A DNA stretch of 64,000 nt from assembly GCA_036298225.1 (NCBI GenBank), contig JAXJJM010000011.1, positions 1,056-65,055 on the forward strand, read 5' to 3'. Below are positions 9,584 through 19,561 of this stretch, piece after piece. Within the stretch, counting starts at the first letter, position 1. Each line of letters starts with the position of its first letter. Origin of the DNA: Collinsella sp. (GTDB lineage: Bacteria > Actinomycetota > Coriobacteriia > Coriobacteriales > Coriobacteriaceae). The notes below the pieces were generated by a model. It searched no databases and was not told where the DNA came from. It saw only the letters and a list, made by a program, of their open reading frames with translations. Position numbers and translations under genes: made by a program.

Positions 9584-10402
9584 ATGTCTGCAATCACTAT
9601 TCTGCTTGTTGCGATTGTCGCGTTGCTTGCCGGTATGGAAGGCATTCTGGATGAGTTCCAGTTCCATCAGCCGCTCGTGGCATGCACGCTTATCGGTCTC
9701 GTAACCGGTCACCTTCAGGAGGGCATCCTCCTGGGCGGTTCGCTCCAGATGATGGCCCTTGGCTGGGCTAACGTCGGCGCCGCTGTCGCGCCTGACGCCG
9801 CTCTGGCCTCGGTCGCTTCTTCGATCATCATGGTGCTCGCCCTCAACGGCGGCGCCACCGATTCGGCCAAGGCCGTTACCGCCGCCATCGCCGTCGCCGT
9901 CCCGCTGTCGGTCGCTGGTCTGTTCCTGACCATGATCTGCCGTACCCTGGCTACCGCTATCGCTCACGCCATGGACGGTTGCGCCGAGAAGGGCGACTTC
10001 TCCGGCATCGAGCGCTGGCAGTACGCTGCCATCCTCATGCAGGGCCTTCGTATCGCCATCCCGGCAGTACTTCTGTGCATCATCCCGGCCGAGGCTGTTA
10101 CCAACGCGCTTAACGCTATGCCCGACTGGCTGTCCGGCGGCATGGCTGTCGGCGGCGGCATGGTCGCTTCCGTCGGTTACGCCATGGTTATCAACATGAT
10201 GGCCACCAAGGAGACCTGGCCGTTCTTCATCCTCGGCTTTGTCCTTGCTGCCATCCCTCAGCTCACGCTGATAGCCCTTGGCCTCATCGGCATCTCCCTT
10301 GCCCTCATCTACCTTGGCCTTAAGGATCTGGCCAAGCAGGGTGGCGGCATGGGCGGCGGCTCCGGTGACCCGCTCGGCGACATTCTGAACGATTACGAGT
10401 AG
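9584..10402 (+). CDS. manY: PTS mannose-family EIIC
   Basis: DEFQFHQPLVACTLIG, GAAVAPDAALAS, VGYAMVINMM motifs. Confidence 0.93.
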   Translation: MSAITILLVAIVALLAGMEGILDEFQFHQPLVACTLIGLVTGHLQEGILLGGSLQMMALGWANVGAAVAPDAALASVASSIIMVLALNGGATDSAKAVTAAIAVAVPLSVAGLFLTMICRTLATAIAHAMDGCAEKGDFSGIERWQYAAILMQGLRIAIPAVLLCIIPAEAVTNALNAMPDWLSGGMAVGGGMVASVGYAMVINMMATKETWPFFILGFVLAAIPQLTLIALGLIGISLALIYLGLKDLAKQGGGMGGGSGDPLGDILNDYE

Positions 10403-10418
10403 GAGGGGAGTGATACAT

Positions 10419-11339
10419 ATGGCAGAGAACAAGATTCAGCTCACCAAGGCTGACCGCAAGAAGGTTTGCTTCCGTCATCAGTTCCTTCAGGGCTCGTGGA
10501 ACTACGAGCGTATGCAGAACGGCGGCTGGTGCTTCGCAATGATCCCTGCGATCAAGAAGCTCTACACCAGCAAGGATGACCAGATTGCCGCTCTTAAGCG
10601 CCACCTGGAGTTCTATAACACCCACCCCTATGTTTCCGCCCCCGTCATTGGCGTTACCCTCGCTCTCGAGGAGGAGCGCGCCAACGGTGCCCCGATTGAC
10701 GACGTCGCCATTCAGGGCGTCAAGGTCGGTATGATGGGCCCGCTCGCCGGTGTCGGCGACCCCGCCTTCTGGTTCACCCTTCGCCCGATTCTGGGTGCTC
10801 TGGGCGCTTCCCTGGCCCTGTCCGGCAGCATCGCCGGTCCGCTGCTGTTCTTCTTCGCGTGGAACATCATCCGTTACGCCTTCCTGTGGTACACGCAGGA
10901 GTTTGGCTACAAGGTCGGCTCCTCCATCGCCAAGGACCTCTCCGGCGGTCTGATGGGCAAGGTCACCGAGGGTGCATCCATCCTGGGTATGTTCATCATC
11001 GGCGCCCTGGTCGAGCGCTGGGTGTCCATCTCCTTCACCCCGGTCGTCTCCAAGGTCACGCAGTCTGCTGGCGCCTTTATCGACTGGGCTAACCTGCCCT
11101 CCGGTTCTGAGGGTGTCAAGGAAGCACTGACGATGTATAACTCCATCGGTGCTAACGCCCTTGATCAGGTGAAGGTCACCACGCTTCAGGCCAACCTCGA
11201 TCAGCTCATCCCCGGCCTTGCCGCCGTGTGCCTGACCCTGCTGGTCTGCAAGCTCCTCAAGAAGAAGGTCAGCCCGATCGTCATCATCCTGGCTCTCTTC
11301 GCCATCGGCATCATCGGTCGCGTCTGCGGCTTCATGTAA
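10419..11339 (+). CDS. manZ: PTS mannose-family EIID
   Basis: SWNYERMQN, RHLEFYNTHP, MMGPLAGVGD motifs. Confidence 0.93.
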   Translation: MAENKIQLTKADRKKVCFRHQFLQGSWNYERMQNGGWCFAMIPAIKKLYTSKDDQIAALKRHLEFYNTHPYVSAPVIGVTLALEEERANGAPIDDVAIQGVKVGMMGPLAGVGDPAFWFTLRPILGALGASLALSGSIAGPLLFFFAWNIIRYAFLWYTQEFGYKVGSSIAKDLSGGLMGKVTEGASILGMFIIGALVERWVSISFTPVVSKVTQSAGAFIDWANLPSGSEGVKEALTMYNSIGANALDQVKVTTLQANLDQLIPGLAAVCLTLLVCKLLKKKVSPIVIILALFAIGIIGRVCGFM

Positions 11340-11459
11340 GCACGTTTCGGCTTAAGACCGAGAATTGCTAGGCAAGGGCTTTTGAGCCATTGAAACGGAC
11401 CGCACCCGGTGGGTACACTGGATGCGGTCCGATTGTTTTATTTGGAGGGCGAGGCGCGC

Positions 11460-11858
11460 ATGGCGCAATCTCAGAACAGCACGGTCGATCTGGCAACGCC
11501 GGCAACCTGCCTGATGGGGCTTACCAGTCACGGTAACGTAATGGTGGGCAATAAGGCGTTTGAGTACTATAACGAGCGCAATCCCGAGGATTTTATTCAG
11601 ATCCCGTGGGACGAGGTCGACTATATTGCCGCTGAGGTTTTGCGCGGCACCAAGAAGATTACGCGTTTTGCCATCTTCACCAAGGACAATGGTCACTTTA
11701 CGTTTTCGACGCGCGACGACAAAGAGACGCTTCGTGCGGTCCGCAAGTACGTTGACGAGGATAAGCTCGTGCGTTCGCCTGACTTTATCGATGTGACGGC
11801 CAAGGGCGCCAAGAGCATCCCCTCCGTTATCAAAAACCTCTTCCACAAAGGCAACTAG
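11460..11858 (+). CDS. DUF956 family protein (ManO-like, man operon associated)
   Basis: MAQSQNSTVDL..., MVGNKAFEYYN...FIQIPWDEVDYIAA; typical position after EIID. Confidence 0.8.
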   Translation: MAQSQNSTVDLATPATCLMGLTSHGNVMVGNKAFEYYNERNPEDFIQIPWDEVDYIAAEVLRGTKKITRFAIFTKDNGHFTFSTRDDKETLRAVRKYVDEDKLVRSPDFIDVTAKGAKSIPSVIKNLFHKGN

Positions 11859-11866
11859 CTCCTCAT

Positions 11867-11935
11867 AAGTTGCGGTGAAATAGTTTCTAAATACGGCTTT
11901 AGATGCTTCAGACAGGAACTATTCCACCGCAACTT
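11867..11935. terminator. Long inverted repeat after PTS operon
   Basis: AAGTTGCGGTGAAATAGTT ... AACTATTCCACCGCAACTT. Confidence 0.5.
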
Positions 11936-11993
11936 CGAAGTCTAGTCATGCGACGTATGGCGATGCAGTAAATCTGCTACACTAGTACAACAT

Positions 11994-12069
11994 GCCTCCG
12001 TAGCTCAGGGGATAGAGCACCGCTCTCCTAAAGCGGGTGTCGACGGTTCGAATCCGCCCGGGGGCACCA
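11994..12069 (+). tRNA. tRNA-Arg (anticodon CCT)
   Basis: GCCTCCG acceptor stem, TAGCTCAG D arm, CCGCT-CT-CCT-AA-AGCGG anticodon arm, GGTTCGAATCC T loop, encoded CCA; extended -10-like TGCTACACT upstream. Confidence 0.95.
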
Positions 12070-12176
12070 GAGAATATGACGGCGTCGCGATAGCGGCGCC
12101 GTTTCTGGTTTGTGGGGACCGCCGGCGGATTCGGACCGTCGACACCCGCGTCGCCAATTTCCCCGCGGGGGGAGTT

Positions 12177-12202
12177 TTCGAATCCGCCCGGGGGCACCAG
12201 AG
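12177..12202 (+). repeat. Direct repeat of the tRNA-Arg 3' end (att-like)
   Basis: TTCGAATCCGCCCGGGGGCACCAGAG is identical to 12047-12072. Confidence 0.85.
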
Positions 12203-12209
12203 GAATATC

Positions 12210-12326
12210 GAGCCCGGTACCACCACGGTGCCGGGCTCTTTTGGTGTTAGAGCTGCGCCGTTCCATGCTAGCGGGTCGCATCAAAAGCAAAGCGCCCGCT
12301 TGCCGGGGGAGCAAGCGGGCGCTTCT
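12210..12326. terminator. Two hairpins terminating the tRNA (+) and pknB (-) transcripts
   Basis: GAGCCCGGTAC..GTGCCGGGCTC-TTTT and AAGCGCCCGCTTGC..GCAAGCGGGCGCTT. Confidence 0.6.
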
Positions 12327-12373
12327 GAGCGAATATGTTTGCGGCGTTCGCTGCGCAGATAATAAGCAGCCGG

Positions 12374-14323
12374 CTAGTTGCTTGTACCGGAATCATCGCC
12401 TGAATCAGTACCAGAGCCAGAAACCGAAACCGTCAGCGTAATCGTGCTGTCGGTGGACTGCTTGCCAGTGGGGGAGACGCCCGTCACGGTGGCGTTTTCG
12501 TTGCCACTCACGGGGTTGCCGTTCTGATCGCAGAATGCGATGTTGTAGAATCCGGCGTTGTTGAGCGCGGTGACGGCGGCGGAGATGCTCTTGCCGTACA
12601 GGTTGCCCGGAACGCTGGCCTTGCCGGACTTCTTGGCGATGACGACGGTAATCGTGGCGCCGGGCTTCTGCTTACCGCTGGGGTTCCAGCTAATGACAGT
12701 GCCCTCGGTGACGGAATCGTTTTCCTGGTAGCTCACGTTGACGCCAAAACCGGCCATGTCGAGAGCGTTGCGTGCCTGGGCCTCGGTCATGTCGGTCAGA
12801 TCGGGGACGGAGGTGGTGTCAGGACCGCTGGAGACCTTATACGAGATGGTCGTGCCCTTCTCGACTTCCTTGCCGGCTTCAGTGCCCTGCTCAAAGACCT
12901 GGCCTTCGTCGGCCTCGTTGGCCTCCTCGGTTGCGTTGCCCTTCAGGCCCACGCTTGCCAGCGCGGCCTCGGCCTGGTCCTTGGTTAGGCCGAGGAGCTG
13001 CGGAACCTCAACTTTCTCGGAGGGCTTGGGGCCCTTGGAGATCACCAGGTTAACCTTGGAGCCCTTGGGCTTCTTAGTGTTGCCGTTGGGGGTCTGCTCG
13101 GCAACCTTGCCCTCGTCGACGTCGTCGTTATAGCTCTGGTCGACAGTTCCGACCTCAAGGCCGGCCTCCTTGATCAGCTCGATAGCGGTCTGCTGGTCCT
13201 TGTTAAGCACATCGGGCACCGTAACCTGCTCGCCCCCAAAGAGCCCGGTGGCGAAGGCCACCACAACGCCAACCACGGCGATTGCGGCGACTACGGCGGC
13301 GATGATCTTGTTCTTGTTGGATTTGGGCTTTTCGACCTCGTAGGAGCCGGTGGAGCCCGAAACCGAGCTACGGGTGGTGTTCTGGCCGCTCACGCCCGAG
13401 ACGGGACGAACCATGGCGCGCGTCTGGTCGGAAAGCTCGCGGGTCTTGGTGGCGCCGAGCTCGCCGGGGGCACCGATGATGCGCGTGGGCTCGGAAATGT
13501 TGACGGCGCGCCCGGACAGGTAGCTGTTGAGCACCTGACGCAGCTCGTCGGCCGTCTGGAAGCGATTCGCCGGGTCCTTTTCCATGCACTTGAGGATGAT
13601 GCGCTCAAGATCGGCGTCGACGCCGGAGTTAATCTGGCTCGGCGGGATGGGCAGCTCGTTGACCTGCTTGAGTGCGACCGAGATAGCGTCGTCGCCGTCA
13701 AAGGGCACGCGGCCGGTGGCGCACTCGTACATCACGACGCCCAGCGAGTAGATATCCGAGGTGGGACCGAGGTCCTGGCCGCGAGTCTGCTCGGGGCTTA
13801 CATAATGGGCGGTGCCCAACACGTTGTTGTCCTGCGTGAGGTGGCTATTCTTGGCGCGCGCGATGCCAAAATCCATCACCTTGATGTTGCCGTCGGGCAG
13901 CACCATGATGTTTTGCGGCTTGATGTCGCGGTGGATGATCTCGTGCTTGTGTGCGACCGAAAGCGCAGAGCTGATCTGCGAGCCGATCTGCGCGACCTTT
14001 TTGGGGTCGAGGGCGCCGTGGCTCTTGATGCCGCTCTTGAGGTCGGTACCGCGCAGATACTCCATGACGATGTAATAGGTGTCGCCGTCCTTGCCCCAAT
14101 CGTAGACGCCTACGATATAGGGGGAGGAGAGGCCGGCTGCTGCCTGGGCCTCCTGCTTAAAACGCGCGGCGAAGGTGGCGTCGCCGGCGTACTGCGGCAG
14201 CATGATCTTGACGGCTACCGTGCGGTCGAGGACCTGATCCTGCGCACGGTAGACGGTCGCCATGCCGCCTGTCCCCACCTTATCCTTGAGGAGGTATCTT
14301 CCCCCGAGGACCCTCTGTTCCAT
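12374..14323 (-). CDS. pknB: PASTA-domain Ser/Thr protein kinase (PknB/Stk1)
   Basis: GTGGMATVY, VAVK, HRDIKPQN, DFGIA, SPEQ; one TM; repeated VPD/VPQ PASTA units. Confidence 0.93.
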   Translation of the reverse strand: MEQRVLGGRYLLKDKVGTGGMATVYRAQDQVLDRTVAVKIMLPQYAGDATFAARFKQEAQAAAGLSSPYIVGVYDWGKDGDTYYIVMEYLRGTDLKSGIKSHGALDPKKVAQIGSQISSALSVAHKHEIIHRDIKPQNIMVLPDGNIKVMDFGIARAKNSHLTQDNNVLGTAHYVSPEQTRGQDLGPTSDIYSLGVVMYECATGRVPFDGDDAISVALKQVNELPIPPSQINSGVDADLERIILKCMEKDPANRFQTADELRQVLNSYLSGRAVNISEPTRIIGAPGELGATKTRELSDQTRAMVRPVSGVSGQNTTRSSVSGSTGSYEVEKPKSNKNKIIAAVVAAIAVVGVVVAFATGLFGGEQVTVPDVLNKDQQTAIELIKEAGLEVGTVDQSYNDDVDEGKVAEQTPNGNTKKPKGSKVNLVISKGPKPSEKVEVPQLLGLTKDQAEAALASVGLKGNATEEANEADEGQVFEQGTEAGKEVEKGTTISYKVSSGPDTTSVPDLTDMTEAQARNALDMAGFGVNVSYQENDSVTEGTVISWNPSGKQKPGATITVVIAKKSGKASVPGNLYGKSISAAVTALNNAGFYNIAFCDQNGNPVSGNENATVTGVSPTGKQSTDSTITLTVSVSGSGTDSGDDSGTSN

Positions 14324-14455
14324 TCCTGCTCCTAACATAACTATTCGCTCAACGATGTGTGTAGTACCTACTGTGTGGCCGCTGGGGCCATGTGACGCAT
14401 TGCCGCTAGCCCTTAGGCCGCGGCGCGCCCCGGGTGTCCGATTCGATCACGGGCA

Positions 14456-17326
14456 TCACGCTCCCTGGGCGGCGAGTGCCGCAGTCAGGACGATGCCGGC
14501 GATCTTGGCCGCCTTGACGTCGTGTTGGTCGTAATCCTCCAAGGCCACCGAGATGGCGACCGTGGGTGAATCGTAGGGTGCAAAGCCGATAAACATCGAG
14601 TTGACGTTGGTGCCGCCGATCTCGGCCGAGCCGGTCTTGCCGGCAACCTTGACGCCCGGAATCTGGGCATCGGTGCCGGTGCCGGACTGGACGACGGCGA
14701 GCATGGCCTGCTTGACCTGGTCGGCCGTGGCGGAGCTGACGGCCTGGCCCAGCGAGCGGGACTGCGTGGTCTTGACCACGGTTCCGTCCGGTGCGAGCAC
14801 CTGGGAAACAAAGAACGGGTCCATGACCACACCGCTGTTGGCGATGGCCGCGGCGATCACGGCATTTTGCATGACCGTGGTCTGCGGGCCGGGTGTGTGG
14901 TCCATGCCGACGGGCTGGCCGGCACCTGCCCAGGCGGTCTCCCACTCGGTCATGAGCGACGGATCGGCCATGATGGAGGCCGTGGAGGTCAGGTCCTGGC
15001 CGAGCTTCTGGCCGTAGCCAAAGGCGTTGGCAAACTGCACGAGCGTGTTTGCGCCCACTTCGTTGGCCACCTGGCCAAAGACGACGTTGGAGGAGACGGC
15101 AAAGGCCTGCTGCAGGCTGATGGTGCCGTAGCTCTCGTTGGCGTAGTTGGTGACCGGCGCGTTGCCGATGTCCATGGAGCCGGGTGCCTGATAGGTGCTC
15201 GTGAGGCTGGCGGTTCCGGTCTCGAGTGCGGCGGAAAGCGTGACGACCTTAAAGGTGGAACCCGGGGTGTACAGCGCGTCCATGGCGCGGTCGTACATGG
15301 AGCCGTCCTCGCCGCCGCCCGTCTGCAGCAGGGCATCGATGTTGGTGTTGTCGTAGGTGGGCGAGCTGGCACATGCAAGCACCGCGCCGGTACGCGGGTC
15401 GATGACCACTACAGCGCCCTTAAAGCCCTTGAGCGCCTGCTCGGCCGCCGTCTGGATGCGCGAGTCGATGGTGAGCTTGGCGGTGTTGCCCGGCTGGGTC
15501 TGGCCCGCGAGCGACGCGATGGCGTTGTTCCAGCTGGAGTAATCCTTAGAGCCGGTGAGTGTGTCGTTCATGACACTCTCGATGGCGGTGGTGCCATACT
15601 GCTGGCTCACGTAGCCAACCACGTGCGCTGCCAGGTTACCGTTGGGGTAGGAGCGTACGTAGGTGCCGTCCTCCTGCTGCAGCGACTCGGCCAGCGTCAC
15701 GCCGTCGGACGTGATGATGGAACCGCGCTGGATGTACTTGGAGCGGGCGATGGTGTGGTTGTTGGTCGGCATGTCCTGATAGTCCTTGGCCTTGATGACC
15801 TGGACATAGGTGAGGTTGCCGATAAGGATGGCGAACAGCGCCGTAAAGGCGAGCACCGCACGGGTTAGACGGTTGGCGAGCGCCACGCGGCCGAGCACAC
15901 CGGATTCAGGTGTGTCGAGCAGGCGACGACGCATGCGTGAGCCGACGGAATGGCTGCCACTGCCGTAGGAAGACGAGGTGGCAAAGCGCGTGCCCGTCGG
16001 GGCGGCGGCAGATGCGACCTGATCATCGGTGATGGCGGCCATGGTGCCGGTGCCGGTAAGCTCGGCCTCGCGTCCGGTCGCCTCGTCACCGGCGCGCAGC
16101 AGGAGCGCGACGATGATAAAGCTCGCCAGCAGAGAGGAGCCGCCCTGGCTCATAAAGGGCAGGGTGACGCCGGTCAGCGGGATCAGGCGGGTTACGCCGC
16201 CAACGATCAAGAAGGCCTGGAAGCTGATGGCGGCCGTAAGGCCTGTGGCACTAAAGGCGGCGAGATCGGATTTAGCGCGGGCAGCCGTGGTGAGGCCACG
16301 CACGGCAAAGAGCATAAACAGGATGAGCACGCCGCCGCCGCCCAAAAGGCCCATCTCCTCGCCGATAGCCGAGAAGATAAAGTCGGACTCGACGACAGGG
16401 ATGTTGTTGGCCATGCCGTTGCCGATGCCAACACCGACCAGACCGCCATCGGCAAGCGAGAAGAGCGACTGGACGATCTGGTAGCCCTGGCCCTGGGCGT
16501 CCTTAAACGGATCGAGCCAAACCTGGAAACGCACCTGAACGTGAGACAGGAACTTGTAGGCGCCCACGGCTCCGACGGCTAAGAGCGCAAGGCCGATAAC
16601 GACATACGAAAAGCGCCCCGTGGCAACGTAGAGCATCAGCAAGAAGATGGTGTAGAACAGCACGGCCGAACCCAAGTCGCGTTCGAAGACGACGACGAGC
16701 AGACACACACCCCACACGGCAAACAGCGGCAGCAGTAGTCGCAGGCGAGGGATCTTAAAGCCCAGGATCTTGCGGTTGGAGATGGAGAGCAGCTCGCGGT
16801 TCTCGGCCAGGTACCCAGCTAGGAACAGCACGATAAAGACCTTGGCGAACTCGCCGGGCTGGATGGTAAAGCCCGCGATGCGAATCCACAGCTTGGAGCC
16901 CGAGATCGTGGTGCCGATAAAGATAGGCAGCATCAGCAGGATGATGCCGATAATGCCAAAGGTGTACTTGTAGCGCATGACCACGTCGAGGTTTTTGACC
17001 AGTGCAAGCGTTCCCACCATGAGCGCCACCGAGACAAACAGGATGATGAGCTGTGAGATGGCGAGAGCGGGGGCGAGACGCGTCACGAACGTGATGCCGA
17101 TGCCCGAAAGTATAAATACGATGGGCAGGATGGCGGGGTCGGCACCGGGCGCCAAGATGCGCACGGCAATGTGGGCCGCGGCAAAGGCGGCAAAGAGGCC
17201 GATCGGTACGGCGAGTGTCTCAAAGGAGATGGCAGCGCCCGCGGTGAGGATGTACATCGCATACAGCAGGATGACGGGGAACGCCGAGGCGATGAGCAAG
17301 AGCAGCTCGGTGTTGCGGCGACTCAT
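14456..17326 (-). CDS. RodA/FtsW SEDS glycosyltransferase fused to a class B PBP transpeptidase (PbpA-like)
   Basis: SEDS motifs IQPGEFAK, RDLGSA, SDFIF, PLTGVTLPFMSQGGSS; then PGSTFK (SxxK), SSN and KTG transpeptidase motifs in the same frame. Confidence 0.9.
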   Translation of the reverse strand: MSRRNTELLLLIASAFPVILLYAMYILTAGAAISFETLAVPIGLFAAFAAAHIAVRILAPGADPAILPIVFILSGIGITFVTRLAPALAISQLIILFVSVALMVGTLALVKNLDVVMRYKYTFGIIGIILLMLPIFIGTTISGSKLWIRIAGFTIQPGEFAKVFIVLFLAGYLAENRELLSISNRKILGFKIPRLRLLLPLFAVWGVCLLVVVFERDLGSAVLFYTIFLLMLYVATGRFSYVVIGLALLAVGAVGAYKFLSHVQVRFQVWLDPFKDAQGQGYQIVQSLFSLADGGLVGVGIGNGMANNIPVVESDFIFSAIGEEMGLLGGGGVLILFMLFAVRGLTTAARAKSDLAAFSATGLTAAISFQAFLIVGGVTRLIPLTGVTLPFMSQGGSSLLASFIIVALLLRAGDEATGREAELTGTGTMAAITDDQVASAAAPTGTRFATSSSYGSGSHSVGSRMRRRLLDTPESGVLGRVALANRLTRAVLAFTALFAILIGNLTYVQVIKAKDYQDMPTNNHTIARSKYIQRGSIITSDGVTLAESLQQEDGTYVRSYPNGNLAAHVVGYVSQQYGTTAIESVMNDTLTGSKDYSSWNNAIASLAGQTQPGNTAKLTIDSRIQTAAEQALKGFKGAVVVIDPRTGAVLACASSPTYDNTNIDALLQTGGGEDGSMYDRAMDALYTPGSTFKVVTLSAALETGTASLTSTYQAPGSMDIGNAPVTNYANESYGTISLQQAFAVSSNVVFGQVANEVGANTLVQFANAFGYGQKLGQDLTSTASIMADPSLMTEWETAWAGAGQPVGMDHTPGPQTTVMQNAVIAAAIANSGVVMDPFFVSQVLAPDGTVVKTTQSRSLGQAVSSATADQVKQAMLAVVQSGTGTDAQIPGVKVAGKTGSAEIGGTNVNSMFIGFAPYDSPTVAISVALEDYDQHDVKAAKIAGIVLTAALAAQGA

Positions 17327-17342
17327 AAGCGGCACTCCCTTT

Positions 17343-19142
17343 CTAATTCTTATCGGAGGCTTCGGCCTCGGCGGACTGTTCGGCGGTTTTCTCGGAATCT
17401 GATTCGGAGGTCGATCCCTGATTGGTGTTGTCGCGAATCGTTTGCGCGTCGATCACCTGGCGGGTCTGCTCCTCGTCGATCTGGTGGCGGTACTTGGATA
17501 TCGTGTCCTGCGCATCGTCGACACTTGTTTGCGGAATGCCCGCCTTGAGGCGGTTTTGCGTGTCTTCGGGCAGGTCGGACAGCTTGATGCTGGTTTCGCT
17601 TTCGAGCCAGTGGAGCTTGAGTCCGAGTGGCTTGCCGGGCAGGCCGCGCCAGACGGCGACATTGCCCTGGTAGGTACCCAGGTAGTACGAGCCGGTGACA
17701 CCCGTGTAGGCCCAGATGCCAGCTGCCAGCACAAAGACGAGGGCCAGGATGGCGGCGATAGTAACGTTGCGGCGACGCACGCGTTGCGCCTCGCGCATGA
17801 CGCCATCGTCAACCAGGTCAACGACTACTACGGTCACGTTGTCGTGGCCGCCGGCGGCAAGCGCCGCGTCCACAAGGTTGTCGACGCAGATTTGCGCGGT
17901 TGAGGACTGCGTGGCGATGTTCTCGATATCGCTATCGGGAATCATGCTCGAAAGGCCGTCGGAGCACAGGATCAGACGGTCGCCTTCCTCGATATGCAGA
18001 GTAAAGTGGTCGGCATACATAGCGGGGTCCGAGCCCAGCGCGCGGGTGATGACCGAACGGTTGGGGTGGACGCGAGCCTCGTCTGCCGTGATCTCGCCGG
18101 CGTCCACGAGCTCCTCCACGTAGGAGTGGTCGCGGGTCACGCGGATGAGCGTGCCCTCGTGGAGCAGGTAGGCGCGAGAGTCACCCACGTGGGCGATGGC
18201 AAGCGTGTCGTTTTCGATATAGGCGCAAGTGGCTGTGCAGCCCATGCCGGGCTTGCCCAGGCCATTCAAGGCAGCCTCGATTACGGCGGCGTTGGCGGCC
18301 TCGACGGCTGCCGCCAGGCGTGCGGCGTCGGCAGACTGAGGAGCTGTCTTGGCAATGGTCTCGACAGCGATAGAAGAGGCTACCTCGCCGGCGGCGTGAC
18401 CGCCCATGCCGTCGCATACGCAAAAGAGCGGCGACTGCACCAGGTAGGAATCCTCATTGTGCGGGCGCACGCAGCCAACGTCAGAGCGGGCGCCCCACAT
18501 GAGTTGCGTGGTGGTGCCGGCATCATAGGTCGAGTCGGTCTCGATGCGTTTCTCGGTCAGGGGCTCAAGGCTCATGGTCGACCCGGGGTCTTTGAGCTTG
18601 GCCTCAACGGCGGCAACGTCGATCTCTGCTGTGTCACCGGGAGAGACGGTGTCGGTCTCGGCGTTTGATTCAGAATCGCCGGTGTCCGGGGAGCCGGGCT
18701 CCTCGGACACGCGGGCGGTCGACTCGTCGTCTTGCGGGCTGACGTCTATAGGCTCGGGCGCCGGCGTAGACGCGGGCGTAACCTCGGATGCCGGGGCTAT
18801 GGGAAACGCCGGCGCGGCGGGCTCGGGTGCTGCAAACACCGCAGCGCTCTCGTTGATTGCCGCGGCGACGGGCTCTGCAAAGTGAGCCGGCGCCGGGGTT
18901 GCTTCGGGCGCTGTGGGCTGTTCCGCAGCATGTGCACCGATGGGCGCCGCTACGGCATCCTCTTCGTCCTCGTTATCGGCGAGATCCGAAATATCATGCG
19001 TTACATGCGAAAGAGGCAGGGAGAACACGGTGTCCTCGGGTTCCACGGGTGCGGAGCCCGCCGGAGCGGCGTGGGCCGGCACGGCTGCGGCGGCAGCCGG
19101 TGCCTCGGTCATAGTTGCGGACTTGTTCTCCTCGTCGATCAT
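17343..19142 (-). CDS. pstP: PP2C-type Ser/Thr phosphatase with long N-terminal extension and C-terminal TM
   Basis: SDVGCVRPHNED, DGMGGHAAGEVAS, HVGDSRAY, CSDGL, GGHDN motifs. Confidence 0.88.
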   Translation of the reverse strand: MIDEENKSATMTEAPAAAAAVPAHAAPAGSAPVEPEDTVFSLPLSHVTHDISDLADNEDEEDAVAAPIGAHAAEQPTAPEATPAPAHFAEPVAAAINESAAVFAAPEPAAPAFPIAPASEVTPASTPAPEPIDVSPQDDESTARVSEEPGSPDTGDSESNAETDTVSPGDTAEIDVAAVEAKLKDPGSTMSLEPLTEKRIETDSTYDAGTTTQLMWGARSDVGCVRPHNEDSYLVQSPLFCVCDGMGGHAAGEVASSIAVETIAKTAPQSADAARLAAAVEAANAAVIEAALNGLGKPGMGCTATCAYIENDTLAIAHVGDSRAYLLHEGTLIRVTRDHSYVEELVDAGEITADEARVHPNRSVITRALGSDPAMYADHFTLHIEEGDRLILCSDGLSSMIPDSDIENIATQSSTAQICVDNLVDAALAAGGHDNVTVVVVDLVDDGVMREAQRVRRRNVTIAAILALVFVLAAGIWAYTGVTGSYYLGTYQGNVAVWRGLPGKPLGLKLHWLESETSIKLSDLPEDTQNRLKAGIPQTSVDDAQDTISKYRHQIDEEQTRQVIDAQTIRDNTNQGSTSESDSEKTAEQSAEAEASDKN

Positions 19143-19555
19143 CGACGGTTCACCTTCATGACCACATCGCCAATCTGGACTTCGTCGCCCTCACGCAGCG
19201 TCGCGGGCTCCACGAGCTGGCGGCCGTTGACGAGCGTGCCGTTAAGCGAGTTGAGGTCCTCGATGATGAGCGCCGGGCCCTGCAGCGAAAAGCGCGCATG
19301 CGAGGCCGAGACAAACGGCTCGTTGATGCAGATGTCCGAAGACGGCGAGCGGCCGACGATGACGGGGCCGAGCATGTCTACGTGGATGCCGCGGATACCG
19401 CGCGGACCCTTGTCCACATCAATCGTCCAGATAGCCGAGTCGCGGCGCTGCCCGCGCACAAGTCCCACGCCGGTCTTCATGACGGCGAACAGGAAGATAT
19501 AGAGCAGGGCGACCAGGACGATGCGGCCTGCAAAAAGGACGATATCGATGTTCAT
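19139..19555 (-). CDS. fhaB: FHA domain protein with N-terminal TM (FhaB-like)
   Basis: VGRS...VSASHA...DLNSLNGT FHA signature; operon position. Confidence 0.85.
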   Translation of the reverse strand: MNIDIVLFAGRIVLVALLYIFLFAVMKTGVGLVRGQRRDSAIWTIDVDKGPRGIRGIHVDMLGPVIVGRSPSSDICINEPFVSASHARFSLQGPALIIEDLNSLNGTLVNGRQLVEPATLREGDEVQIGDVVMKVNRR

Positions 19556-19561
19556 AAGCGA

